The translations under genes and the position numbers were made by a program. This document shows, one piece after another, positions 28,001 to 35,961 of a stretch of DNA of 64,000 nucleotides. The stretch is from a virus. Every line of letters begins with the position of its first letter. Positions within the stretch are counted from its first letter, which is position 1. The stretch is taken from the IMG/VR virus record IMGVR_UViG_3300035199_000184, positions 3,528 through 67,527 of that record. One strand, 5' to 3'. Below the pieces are notes generated by a model. It saw only the letters and a program-made list of their open reading frames with translations. It was not told where the DNA came from and searched no databases.

Positions 28001-31000
28001 TCTATGCCATGCAAAGCTGAGCCCACTGCTCGGGCGGCTGCGAGCTTCTCCTGATACCACTCGCCGGCAGCCTTGAGACCTTCCGGGTCATACTCCTGGA
28101 GGGCATCAAACAGCCTGAGACCCATTTCCGGTGAGGTTCTGAACACGCTGTGAATCCACTCATGAGCGATAACCCCAACCCGATATCCCTCATCTACCCC
28201 CTGGGTTGACTGAACCATGAGGTACTTTGGATCGTTGATCGTGTTCATTCCACCGATCTTCTTGACAGTAGACGGGGCATCTATGAACATGATTTCCCTG
28301 CCCAGTGCCTTGGCGAGCTTAGCCAATTCTTTTTCGGCGGCAGTGTATTCGTTCTCTGTCTTTAGATGAGCGTCATCTCCAAAGTAGTACTCGACATGAT
28401 GAGCCATGGATTCCCTGGAAGTACTAGACTCCCCTTCCATAAACGCATCAACTTCGCTGACGATTCGAGGACTAATCTTAGGCTTGGGAGCCGCCTTAGG
28501 CTTAGGAGTCGCCTTGGGCTTAGTGGCAGTAGTGTCGCCTGCAACGGCGAAGGGGGGAGCACTCTCGTCCCTGAGTTTTTGTGCTGCGGCGGCGTCCGCC
28601 TTGGCAGCAGCCTCGTTGCCTGCTAACTCATGGGCAAGGCCCCGCTTGTGATACGCATGCGAGTCAGACGGATTTTTGTTAATCCGCTCGGTCATCGCCT
28701 CTATCTCTGCATGGATCCCTTCGGAGTCGCTCTGCTGAGCTTGAGACGACGCCTCACCAGGAGGCACAATGTCTTCATTTTTTAGCTGCTCGCGGGCCTC
28801 TTCCCTTCGGGCCTCCCTGGCTTCTGAATTCGCACGCCCCTTAACTGGCTTTGGCCCTGGGCCATTCCTGAGCAGGTCGAATACCACCTCTGCGGCGTCG
28901 ATTCCATCGCCCGTTTCAGCATTCTCGCCCAGTTCAGTCTTAGTCCCCAGAATCCCTTCGGTATCGATTCCTTCTTGCCTGAGATCTCTAGCAACTACGT
29001 CCAGGTTCTTGACTGCGTCGGCGTCTCTAAGTTCACTGCGTCTCTCTTTCCACCTCGCAGGTGTCATGTAGGGAATCCCGAGCTTCTTGAATGCCTCTGT
29101 TCGGATTCTCTGCCTATTGTCCCACTGTCTTTTTTCTGATTCGTAATTCTCTTCCGCCCTTTGATCGACCGCACGATCATAGTCCTCTTGGGTGGGCTTT
29201 GGTGCGGGCGTCGGGTCTACGTCGAATCCTGACCCGTCATCTATGGGCGTGACTACTGGGGTATCTTCGGGCGTTACTACCGGGGTATCTTCACTCGCCT
29301 TCTCGGCGGTCGGCGTTCCCGTTTTGTCACTAAGTTCAGAAATGACATCTGCATCAGGCTCCGATAATTCAACGTCATCGGCCTCATCATCAACGATATC
29401 ATCGGTAGCAGTCTCGTCACCGAGGTCAAGGAAATCATCGGTGGACGTCTCGTCACCGAGGTCAAGGAAATCATCGGTGGACGTCTCGTCACCGAGGTCA
29501 AGGACATCATCAGGATTGTAGTCCGGGTCAATGCCGTCAAGCGCGGCGTCTTCAGCGGCGGAAGAATCAGCCTCTTCTTGATCATTAGCTTCAGCTTCTG
29601 CGGCTTCAGCTTGGTCTGCTAAGTCGTTCTTGATCTTCTCGCTTTTGGCCTCCTGCTCCGCCTTGATCTTGTCCTGTGCTTCCATGAACTTATGGAGGCG
29701 TTCTCTCTTCTCCTTAGGGGAACCCGCAGTGTCCTCTCCGGCGATTTCAAGTAGCCGATTGACTTCGCTGTTGTCTACCTTCTTGCCGTCCAGGAGATCC
29801 GCTGTTGAATAACCCTGGAGCTCCATGGAGACTCGGGCACTGAATATCTGGTCTTCTTTTTCAGCGGCTTCAGCGACTTCCGCTAGGGTCTTTTCTATGA
29901 GCTCAACCTGGGAGTCGATGGTGTCTAGGGCTTGCTGTTTATCCCCTTCGCTGAACTGGTCATCTCCTGGTATGTCGATCTCAGCCCTAAGTTTCTTGAG
30001 CCTAGCGATGTCGGCCTCTGCCGCCGACTTAAGCATCTCGGCCTGCCCCTTGGCCCGTGACTTCTCATACTCGGCCTCGGTTATCGGGAAGTCCAGGATG
30101 GCGTCCTGCATTAACTTCTTCTGTTGATCATCTGGCTTGCCCGTGCCTTCACGGTTGGGATCGTGACTGTCTATCAAGCCACGAGCTCTGTCGAGTGCGC
30201 CTTCGGAACCAATAAGGAGCCCAGATGATTCGTCAGTCTTGATCCCCAAGAAGTCACGTCGCCTAGCGTTCCTGGCTATCTCCTGTGGGCTCGCATCCTC
30301 TGCATCGGGGGTCATTGCCTGATTGACTAACCAAGCCGCGTAGGAATCCTTGTGTTTTACTACCGGGGCCTGCTCTTTGTCACCGATGGGCTTGCCCTTG
30401 TCGTCCATCTTGGTATGACGGTCCTCAAAGTAAGCCTCGACATCTCTAGCCTGAAGGAGTTTTCTAACCTTCTCTCCATCGGCCTTGCTTATGGACCCAT
30501 CATAGAATGACTCCATCAGTCGCATGCCTTCTTTTTCACCGAAGGCGTCTATGTATAGCTGCGACTCTCCCTTGTGTTCCTTCATCCACTTTGCGCCCTT
30601 GATCGCTTGCACGATATTGATCGGACCCGTGGTAATGAGCGTGGACTTCAGGACGTCCATGAACTCGTCGACTGTCCCGAAATGCCCCTGCTTATTGAAC
30701 GTCTGGTTGAGATGAACGAGAGGCTCTTCGATGAGCTCTCCACCAGTCGCACGGATGAACTGACGAGCGGATCCTTTGCCGACGTCCTTTAGGCTCTGCG
30801 TGAACAAGCCCTCAGCGCCGGGACCAAAGACCTTGTGCACGATGGCCTGCATGGCGACCTCGGGGATGCCCTGGGCTGCACCCACCAGTAATCCATCAAT
30901 AAGGTCGCCACCCTCGATCACATGCCGCAGTGTCTCTTCCGTTGTGATCTGTCCGCCCATCGTGCCGTACATACCCCAGTTAAGGGCAGCCACTTTGGAT

Positions 31001-32532
31001 ACTCCGGGGATGGCAGTCATTAACCTACCAACGGCACCACCCTGGGCCATGGTTCCTAAGGACCTAGCGGCGTTACTGAATAGTGCGTGATACTCTGCTC
31101 CAACGGACCCCTCTTCGTAGTTGCTCGCAGTAGCTTCAGCCATGGCGTCGAAGTCGCCCATGCGTGCCCCGCCAAAGCCCATCTCTCCCAGTAATGCTGC
31201 TCCGAGCCCAACGACACTGCTCTGCGCTGCCCCACCGGCAATTGTGCCGAATACCTTGTTCTTGTAGGCTCCCCCGTACCAGTTCTCTTTCCAGTTCTCT
31301 ACGACGTCGCCTTTGTGGCCCCGGTACTCCTTGACTACGTCCGCTTGTCCAGATAACTTTGCACGTCGGAGTCGGTCAGTCTTGGACTTCTTTACCCCCC
31401 TGACTTTACTGTCGATGTACTTGTTTATCTCATCCTTTTTCTTAGGATCACTTTTGCTGTGGAGGTCTTTTCTCAGCTTCTCCAGGTCTTCTAAGTCGCC
31501 GGCAATCGAAGCGTCTACCTCAGCACGCTGGTCGCCTACCATCCTGTCGAACGCTGCGGCGTCGTTTAATCCACTGCCGATTTCCTGTCTGGTCTGATCA
31601 ACACTGTCGGCTCTAGCCATTGGGTCCTTCAGGCTAGCGGTGAACTCTCGCTCTAGCTTGGACCCGTACTTCGAGGATTGATTAGGGGCTCCCTTGAAGA
31701 ACTTATGCCCAGGCTTGCTTCCGGTGCGGCCTCCAACAATTGGCATGTCATGAAAGTATCCCTTCTCTCCTAGTATTTCTCGGCCCGTCTTCAGCCAGTC
31801 GTTGTATCTGGCGTCGGCTAACTCCTGATTGATACCAGGGAATTGCTTGGCTAGATTCTGACCGAACGTGAGCCCCGGTTCGATCTTGTAGGGATTAGCC
31901 ATAGACTGACCATAGCCCTCATCTGTGAGGATGCGAGCCCTCGAAGCGGCCATGGCGTGAGCGTCCCTTAGCTTGTTCCACTTTGCCTGAGTCAGCCCCT
32001 TGGGGACCCAGTCTTCCTTTTTAGACCTGTCATCCAGATCGTACCCGAGGGCAATCCCGTTATCTGTACCCTGCGGGATGTCGGAGTATCTCGTCTTCCC
32101 CTTTGGTAACTTGTGATCAAGGAATACCTCACCGGACTCTCGTGCTGTCATGGCCGCTTTGTCGAGGCCGTACTGGAAGTCTTCCCTAGACGACGTCCGA
32201 GTGTCGCCCATCTGGTCGGCTAGCTCGGGGGTCATGCGGGGAGAGATGGTGCGCCCGTCTGCCGTCATGGTAGGAGCCGCCTCAGCGGGAGCGGCAGCGG
32301 CAGGAGTCACGGTGGGCTCAGGTTCCGGGGCGGGCTGTACGGCGAACGCCGACAGAAAGTCCCTTTCAGCGCTTCGCGTCTGTTCCTCTTTCAGGACTTC
32401 ACTACGAACTCGCTGACGCTCTTCCTCAGCCTGCTGTTCCTGAACAGCTAGAGTGCCGTCGTCTTCAGGAGCTAGGGGTTCGAGAGGTTCGAGTGGTGGA
32501 GTCGGATTGAGGGGGTCGAAGTTATCGGGCAC
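19075..32532 (-). CDS. Giant polyvalent virion/ejection protein (4485 aa)
   Basis: Last gene of the structural operon; two HExxH zincin-like modules, a TPR-like segment, an HhH-like module, acidic repeats and a hydrophobic C-terminal region. Confidence 0.85.
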   Translation of the reverse strand: MPDNFDPLNPTPPLEPLEPLAPEDDGTLAVQEQQAEEERQRVRSEVLKEEQTRSAERDFLSAFAVQPAPEPEPTVTPAAAAPAEAAPTMTADGRTISPRMTPELADQMGDTRTSSREDFQYGLDKAAMTARESGEVFLDHKLPKGKTRYSDIPQGTDNGIALGYDLDDRSKKEDWVPKGLTQAKWNKLRDAHAMAASRARILTDEGYGQSMANPYKIEPGLTFGQNLAKQFPGINQELADARYNDWLKTGREILGEKGYFHDMPIVGGRTGSKPGHKFFKGAPNQSSKYGSKLEREFTASLKDPMARADSVDQTRQEIGSGLNDAAAFDRMVGDQRAEVDASIAGDLEDLEKLRKDLHSKSDPKKKDEINKYIDSKVRGVKKSKTDRLRRAKLSGQADVVKEYRGHKGDVVENWKENWYGGAYKNKVFGTIAGGAAQSSVVGLGAALLGEMGFGGARMGDFDAMAEATASNYEEGSVGAEYHALFSNAARSLGTMAQGGAVGRLMTAIPGVSKVAALNWGMYGTMGGQITTEETLRHVIEGGDLIDGLLVGAAQGIPEVAMQAIVHKVFGPGAEGLFTQSLKDVGKGSARQFIRATGGELIEEPLVHLNQTFNKQGHFGTVDEFMDVLKSTLITTGPINIVQAIKGAKWMKEHKGESQLYIDAFGEKEGMRLMESFYDGSISKADGEKVRKLLQARDVEAYFEDRHTKMDDKGKPIGDKEQAPVVKHKDSYAAWLVNQAMTPDAEDASPQEIARNARRRDFLGIKTDESSGLLIGSEGALDRARGLIDSHDPNREGTGKPDDQQKKLMQDAILDFPITEAEYEKSRAKGQAEMLKSAAEADIARLKKLRAEIDIPGDDQFSEGDKQQALDTIDSQVELIEKTLAEVAEAAEKEDQIFSARVSMELQGYSTADLLDGKKVDNSEVNRLLEIAGEDTAGSPKEKRERLHKFMEAQDKIKAEQEAKSEKIKNDLADQAEAAEAEANDQEEADSSAAEDAALDGIDPDYNPDDVLDLGDETSTDDFLDLGDETSTDDFLDLGDETATDDIVDDEADDVELSEPDADVISELSDKTGTPTAEKASEDTPVVTPEDTPVVTPIDDGSGFDVDPTPAPKPTQEDYDRAVDQRAEENYESEKRQWDNRQRIRTEAFKKLGIPYMTPARWKERRSELRDADAVKNLDVVARDLRQEGIDTEGILGTKTELGENAETGDGIDAAEVVFDLLRNGPGPKPVKGRANSEAREARREEAREQLKNEDIVPPGEASSQAQQSDSEGIHAEIEAMTERINKNPSDSHAYHKRGLAHELAGNEAAAKADAAAAQKLRDESAPPFAVAGDTTATKPKATPKPKAAPKPKISPRIVSEVDAFMEGESSTSRESMAHHVEYYFGDDAHLKTENEYTAAEKELAKLAKALGREIMFIDAPSTVKKIGGMNTINDPKYLMVQSTQGVDEGYRVGVIAHEWIHSVFRTSPEMGLRLFDALQEYDPEGLKAAGEWYQEKLAAARAVGSALHGIDDNIAKEEAVTQYIQDHFAGGNLTGQDAIEAGLDFLKEMAAAAKTPKEKSEIRSLLKSLVEALRDIIKKANLKLSDSLFGSSKKSFKKGEATVQTLLEVLGDIARQTVGETARTDRGTHALEDRKIEGLSGTTKTSTDSPAFSFATDILSLLNPKTFMRGVLNKKGEVAAETERTNRMFGERWNEESQSWDIELIVNGEFADPDSPAGRARSAFHKFAREEASDEIQWIMDNLPRESKGEGPNEKFPYTYEEAAEWYTKNTQEALDKISYMFPEMNPHSEQNKKRLEGATEDERKAILREIEIARLKLTLFTALTSTETKVEQNLKNAVDAYRAMSEKGDVKAILGLKYDGKAAAIKKSLNLLVNTLNSEVVEDRLKAQGKEINEENKWDAYLDLLGKTVKVKDLKSSEYFGEKKEDKKVVRKAVKGVDVSSRRTNDEIHVSNLFGPKVGTFYTNLRGDLSVVTQDRWFARSMYRYLGELAPYATLLQQKNFREKYERLTGEPLPKKFQVKYIVVDPGKTGIKAGTKLTEEKYLAAKEALPNKSQRQKFKVRAEDNQASVDYADKTYAEEYSYFNSSTGGPRDVVTKRPLVKTSKDQKDPDLLGSAHVVLSGIANALSSKPSEKAKGFSDEQMARFSPEDIARAKKAKLTKGMHDVVNRVVDDPGAGGMRKLFDEVVAEIVGELKRRGVDMKPAQVQSVLWYFEKHLFKEVGLPPTVRDNDFDRNATTLVKDELGEEEYERQEENRRANKSTGIFSTESTTGFISQEARGAPPARGDESGADTRSTKGSFKEESTESLKEPAPGIPKETAAQRRLRIQRNKSRGQGTNVDTEERKRNQKWREFKQRVEERDEALMHQWDFKASQKTPTPKLLLDQLALAVVDKRERSLGTYEEVLRELKASHGGRARALLPDQVVLLDALIAATSRLQQVQDAAAKNIEKDEEAKTDDPNEKWSRTVMIGSLGRHTSGTGQVIWKDDLDAHTYAGKYIRKDGEIYLSAIHVNKGGGGGNLAGTVLHEVLHALTVDTINLVMPMNMRAPTYGGTGPADDMQLSGQIYSKLLKDTTDPTRLGILLRDRAKATGLSKKQVAASSRLLQIWGYLYRKNKKKGKATGWEDLIPGETTDWYGLKNPAELITESFSNIEFMAWLQKQKVPGSMRYKGIRGGNFFDAVMAVVKDLMSFLGVKGTSALEEVQALTDTMISELVKEQENLVLTTGLPRTINENRRRLNEDLPAIKEERARIHRRLESIERERAFGQDDAKLSKERDDLIEELTKLLLPIDDSYFERVKGESAAAIRTPGPVSDTANPWGTEILTLPQDLGVLESEVEGAPDHLETKRGMDERRLYVWAKSKEPEYRSQFDHYIIEKGDKKTDLNFRDWSKASQERFEELHGDSTNSEWLKNTGIPSESLILSMASKNQLATLGENHDIPTDSDVYVRIDIPIYSSTGQYFQTIHARSSKSGVPSDVLTYTGIVFMKGDVTFVSDERMAGEIQSGEKAKSPIATVKGRVDKDATEIPSDFDDYTPVGYNPKKAPFFYDKRTGTEVLGGTDAISVGNTVFVKTPKMGTRNAERSTESSAMAAPPKRELKDDEASVARRAKAAKKRKDAQRSPGDKQAKADKASDMSKIVRKILADAPLDSDELAAEILKYAEPDARMTMNIAKLARDSRKVHDKLEARGYKAGKRDGKKEAYVVGLIAGLDRGYKEGTKAGKKELVEIHLGMYDYMKAFMPKPVVDRIMRHLVRARTPSQIKRVWESAERYRDSFELGEVMSKLKDAINDAEQAPVTDIEDQKKYLERLDALSGLLGKAIASGKAFPSKAMIEHAQSVLNAADPNGTIPQRLKDNMAEVLEAADIDTWGRDTEAINKKLAELAEQKKNLPELSALTEESEKDRVRGRRNAINAKIKGLRDALDLQVIQKIDVFRLILRGIEATAHAQKTKYRLITARDAKESARIVEEAKKELAKANPKQSTREQREGQKDRHDSTFSGKLTEGANNYFRQQQWNQISLVVELVGRGPEATKILLDNVNKAEEKMLELNHTAMDFVNSVREHLGVTDKDISDWHKDENSVEIEMPPIRDNKGRVIEEVPNLVIGMDEFAGLINMISDPMTKAEMLRNNNLGVVAKNMNRAGETASKVTAETLDVILRESEKPKYKKIMTLAKAMKRYLNTHMRDQLNEVSVRVTGSEIANNPEYWHRARAMKLDPAYASAKDKDIRDAKDKEGSIESQHIFLHRNRSNAPFLIEGLFSNFFETMQMTNLYISKQEAYRDAEHLLRILESEVTARFHPMKARRLRQEMKANLDHFAGVNRPGMDASAAMLKSYMSMAHKGILGLKLHIALFQTTSWVTAQEILGLRAMGHGGFIKVRGKTRGRLNDEMEKHSPFFRERKQGGGHQILSAGLGGGGMQEFYMQGKYFTPGMEKRTGLLARTRWAISEFGELGMWGIQEMDMQIGYMVWEGSKWKVTQQIKAEKAAAKDTTPIVEDAEFFERVNDMAVDVFLRSQPTWDASTISGLAREGRHGDIFKLTSTAYGTQRSKITNMMRQVFLDWKHGEFGEMNSPKAIGIMLKKMFAPLVLNAVMIAATKRGVVAGTALWWAMLGFGGDDEDEEQGFWEGLAWDTGGVAITTYVAAGDWIDLTRDVLLNDDKPDHFKRPRQTVVASAITKVVDFGKALGALTTGGEYAKGDIREGQSKRPEQLKVAGDKFLDALGAGGIPISGPKRYILDHVWTPKGKPKFEDAATQELHNAYRAHGAIGREITKAKEEGKSQIEIDQMRNDAQSARIAAGLWSEVKEIFDNEVMPARRANDKEAERKALNNMARLSQTWARLEMTDWGAPDPIDSPIKGTETGDDWKETMGKYLRKNPGVDRDHLKVQQEYERIAWDSLATVAQAARMPSVIDPENEAYDSDDIDKREKSIATWKEKQEAAALWLINNSDNPYFTRVLSKYKKQKSYKYRRRSFRKHPGKAESAKNLGELLN
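29411..29504 (-). repeat. In-frame 36-nt tandem repeat (about 3 copies) encoding DDFLDLGDETST
   Basis: GTCTCGTCACCGAGGTCAAGGA at 29411, 29447 and 29483. Confidence 0.9.
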
Positions 32533-32548
32533 TGGTTACTACCTTGTT

Positions 32549-34144
32549 TTATAATGCGTTTGCTTCATCCCATGCTATCTTCTTTAGTAGCAATTCATCG
32601 AGCGTGTGCCTTACACCGTCTATGATGTAAAGGTGCTCTCCAGCGTCTCCTTCCCCTGCTTTAACTTCTAGGGCAACTCCGTAAACAGCGTTCTGATCTT
32701 TTAGCCAATCATGGACGATCTTCTTTTGATCTGAGATACGCTCGGGGCCATTACCTTCTCCGTCTTCATGAGCCTTCGCAAACCTTGCTCTCGTGTCCTC
32801 GGACTGCTTGTACTTCTCGATGAATGCAGCGGCGTGGTTGTGCTCGTAGGTGTTCCCTCGACGATACCCCTCGATGGTCTCTTTCACGTTCCCCAGGATT
32901 CCGCCTTTCTTTTTCCTGAAGTCTGACTTGTCTTTGATTCCGTATTCGTCATTCAGGAACTGCTTGGTTTCGTCACTCAGGTCAACCCAGCCCTTACCTT
33001 TCACGGCAGTGCCGATGTTTCTCCGAATGTCTTCATAGTATCCAGCGTCAGTCTCGTCGTTCATGAGAGTAGATGCCGCATACTTCGCTCTCGCTGCGGC
33101 CATCCTGTCCCGTGGTTTCTTGCTTTCTTCTAAGTCGCGGACCTTCTTGTCATCGTCGGTTTTCCGCTCGCTATGTGAGTACTGGGTCCCGTACCTGCGT
33201 CTAGCCAAGTCCTCCGCCTCTTGGCGGGTGTACAGAGGCGTAGCGAGGTCGGGATCAGCATCCCCATCACTGTCGACGCCCGGTTTAGTCATCGCCCTTA
33301 GTTCCTTCACATATTCCTCATGTGCGTCCCTATTGGCCTTCGTTGCAGCGGACTTTGCGGTCGCGTCCTGCACTCGCATTTTGGCGTGCTCTTCTTGAGT
33401 CTTCGCTGTGGCTCTCCAGTGTCCGCCAGATCCGTCGTCGTTCTGGACGTACTCGTACTGATCCCCTGGTCGGCCATATGGGCTTTCTGGAACCTGGATT
33501 CCTTTTCCGCGTAGGTTCTCAGCAGAGGGGCTTTCCCCGGACAGACTGAACTGCTGTGACGGCGTCATTGTTGCCTTCTGGAGAGCGGCCAGCTTTTCGT
33601 GCTCAGCCGCAAGCAGCTTGAGTTTAGTTTCCGGCGGCACCCCTGAAGCGTTATTAAGGATCTTGATCATCGAGTCCTTGATCTCCTGGGCTTGGTCCCG
33701 AGACGAACCAAGAACGCCACCGTCCCCTGTCTCATACGCTGATGAGTCTATGGCAGTCGCCTGGGTCCGCATGTTTTCAATGCCCGTCAGGTCGTCCGCT
33801 CTCTTGAACCCCTCCTGCTGAATGGTAGCGTCGTGCTCGAATCCTTTGCCTTGGATGTCCAGTCTGTTCTGGTGGGCTTGGTTCGCGGCGGCAATGTTAG
33901 CGTCACGTCCCATCTGGGCTTGGTTCCCCCGGAACTGCTGGTCCCGTTCCTGTGCGAACCGCTCTGCCATGAGCTTCTGCTGGAACTGTTTTTGCTGCGT
34001 CTGGTCTCGACGGGCAGATGCATCTATCTGCTGCTGACTCTGATTAAGCTGGATAGCCTTTGGAATCTGCTCAGCGTAGCCGGCCTTCTGTTCCAGGTTC
34101 GCAATTACCGACGCCTGGGGATAATGCTTAAAGACGAATGGCAT
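32549..34144 (-). CDS. Putative internal virion / DNA ejection protein
   Basis: Gln-rich helical N-terminus; located between the nozzle gene and the giant protein. Confidence 0.65.
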   Translation of the reverse strand: MPFVFKHYPQASVIANLEQKAGYAEQIPKAIQLNQSQQQIDASARRDQTQQKQFQQKLMAERFAQERDQQFRGNQAQMGRDANIAAANQAHQNRLDIQGKGFEHDATIQQEGFKRADDLTGIENMRTQATAIDSSAYETGDGGVLGSSRDQAQEIKDSMIKILNNASGVPPETKLKLLAAEHEKLAALQKATMTPSQQFSLSGESPSAENLRGKGIQVPESPYGRPGDQYEYVQNDDGSGGHWRATAKTQEEHAKMRVQDATAKSAATKANRDAHEEYVKELRAMTKPGVDSDGDADPDLATPLYTRQEAEDLARRRYGTQYSHSERKTDDDKKVRDLEESKKPRDRMAAARAKYAASTLMNDETDAGYYEDIRRNIGTAVKGKGWVDLSDETKQFLNDEYGIKDKSDFRKKKGGILGNVKETIEGYRRGNTYEHNHAAAFIEKYKQSEDTRARFAKAHEDGEGNGPERISDQKKIVHDWLKDQNAVYGVALEVKAGEGDAGEHLYIIDGVRHTLDELLLKKIAWDEANAL

Positions 34145-34173
34145 TAGTCTTGTCCTCTATTGAAGTTCATTAT

Positions 34174-35250
34174 CTAGCCTTGAGCCTCGCGTCGAGCTTT
34201 ACGCTGGGCGCGGTCCTGTTGCCGAATGCCACGGTTCTGGGGGCGAAATCCCTGGGCTTGGTTCGCCATGTTCTGCATCCTTTGTCCAGCGTTCCAAGCA
34301 CCTGCATGTCCACCTCCCATCCGCCTGCCGATACCCTGGAACTGCGCTGCCAGTCCCTGCATTGCACCACCACCGCCGCCGTATGCTCCACCGCCACCGA
34401 TAGCTCGGTTAGCACCGGCGAACTGCTGCCAGTCGGGTCCCTGGTTGTGTACACTAGCCAAGGTCCGGGCTACATTACCAGAACCCCAGCGATGGGAGCC
34501 AATTTTGTTAGTGGCGTACTGCCCCATGATGTTAGCTCGATCTCTGGCTGTCCTGGCGTCCTGTTCTCCACCCCAGCGACCGACGTCTGCTCTGCGAGCG
34601 GCGTTGCGCTCCATCATCCCAGTGACTTCTCTGGCTCGGCGGGACATTCCCATGGTCGCTAGTTCTGGCGTCGATCCCTGAAATCTGCCACCAGTAGTGC
34701 CACGGCCAGCACCAACATAGCCACCCAAACCACGGCTAACGTTTTTTTGGTAGTCACCAACAGTACCCATATCAAGGTCATAACCAAGTCCTTCTGCTGC
34801 GGCCCTTTCCCCAGCGTGTAGTGCCGCCATTTGGTTTGCTTCACCACGCTGATGTCCGCCTTGCCCGATGGCTCCAAGCTGAAGGCGTGCACCTTCTTCG
34901 CCGGCCATCAACTGCCGTTGGCGTCCAGCTTGGTACTGGTCGATGGTAGCCCCAAGCATCCTCCGGTTCTCGGCGTTGGCCTGATCCTGGGCCTGCTGGT
35001 AGGCACCGGCAGCATCATTTGAATAAGACCGCCCAGGGGAGGCTCCGCCGCGCGATGTCGAGCCAGAGCCTGACCCCTGAACGGCTTGTGCACTCATGCC
35101 TCCACGTCTACCGAACGGCCTCGCACTGGGCCGACCGCCCGGTCGATTGGCCGATCCGAGAGAGACGAAAGGTTGATTTTGCATTCGGGCGCGATTGGTA
35201 GCTGCCCTGTTCGATCTCATCATCTGACCCATTCCGTATCCCATGGGCAT
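34174..35250 (-). CDS. Gly/Ala/Gln/Arg-rich putative ejection (pilot) protein
   Basis: Low-complexity composition and synteny. Confidence 0.6.
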   Translation of the reverse strand: MPMGYGMGQMMRSNRAATNRARMQNQPFVSLGSANRPGGRPSARPFGRRGGMSAQAVQGSGSGSTSRGGASPGRSYSNDAAGAYQQAQDQANAENRRMLGATIDQYQAGRQRQLMAGEEGARLQLGAIGQGGHQRGEANQMAALHAGERAAAEGLGYDLDMGTVGDYQKNVSRGLGGYVGAGRGTTGGRFQGSTPELATMGMSRRAREVTGMMERNAARRADVGRWGGEQDARTARDRANIMGQYATNKIGSHRWGSGNVARTLASVHNQGPDWQQFAGANRAIGGGGAYGGGGGAMQGLAAQFQGIGRRMGGGHAGAWNAGQRMQNMANQAQGFRPQNRGIRQQDRAQRKARREAQG

Positions 35251-35262
35251 GTTTATCTACTC

Positions 35263-35961
35263 CTATAGCTTGGTTATGCAAAGAAAACTGGGGGTCTGTA
35301 GTGTCCAGTTGGCTGAAGAGTCTCCAGCCACACGCTCTATCCATATTCCTATTTTATCATTTGCCTGTATATCGAAACAGCGTGCTGGGTAAACCAGGGA
35401 CTGGGTGATCCCTGTGTCCTCTTCTCCGAATGACGCAGCACTTGAGTAGTGCCGTTCGCTGTCTTCGGTTCGCATTGAGGGGTAAGTCTTAGCATGGTCC
35501 TGAGTTGACCCATGTGCGGTCCAGACTAATGCCCATGATAACTGATACAGGCCCCCAGCGGTGAACTGAATTTCAGTTGTACCTGGACCGCCAGTCTCCC
35601 AGTTGCCTATCCAGTTAGGGACCAGCCCGTCTCCGTCTGGTCGATTTAGGTACAGGTAGTCCCACCTAATGAGTCCGCTGTCGGGAGACGCTTCAGTCCT
35701 CCCCGGAGTTGCGCCCAGGTCCAGGTCCTGACCGATTCCAAGCGTGACCGTGGTCTGGCTGATTGGTCTGGCGACCTGACCACGCATAAAATCACTAAGA
35801 CGACGCAGGCCGTCGCTTAACTGGTTCAGCCCATCTATCTCAATCTGAGGAGGGGGCATCGTGACATTGCCCTGATCATCGACCCTGCCCGGCTCCTGAG
35901 TAGCCCGGATGTTAAAACATACGTTAGTTGGGATACTTGCGCTAGCTGGTGTTCTTGACAT
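35263..35961 (-). CDS. Tail-associated protein with C1q/TNF-like C-terminus
   Basis: TAATG coupling; GGLYQLSW...ANDKIGIW...FLCITKL. Confidence 0.55.
   Translation of the reverse strand: MSRTPASASIPTNVCFNIRATQEPGRVDDQGNVTMPPPQIEIDGLNQLSDGLRRLSDFMRGQVARPISQTTVTLGIGQDLDLGATPGRTEASPDSGLIRWDYLYLNRPDGDGLVPNWIGNWETGGPGTTEIQFTAGGLYQLSWALVWTAHGSTQDHAKTYPSMRTEDSERHYSSAASFGEEDTGITQSLVYPARCFDIQANDKIGIWIERVAGDSSANWTLQTPSFLCITKL

Noticed and set aside
29411-29504. CRISPR array from 36-nt periodic repeats
   Set aside because: Tandem units without unique spacers, in frame within the giant CDS
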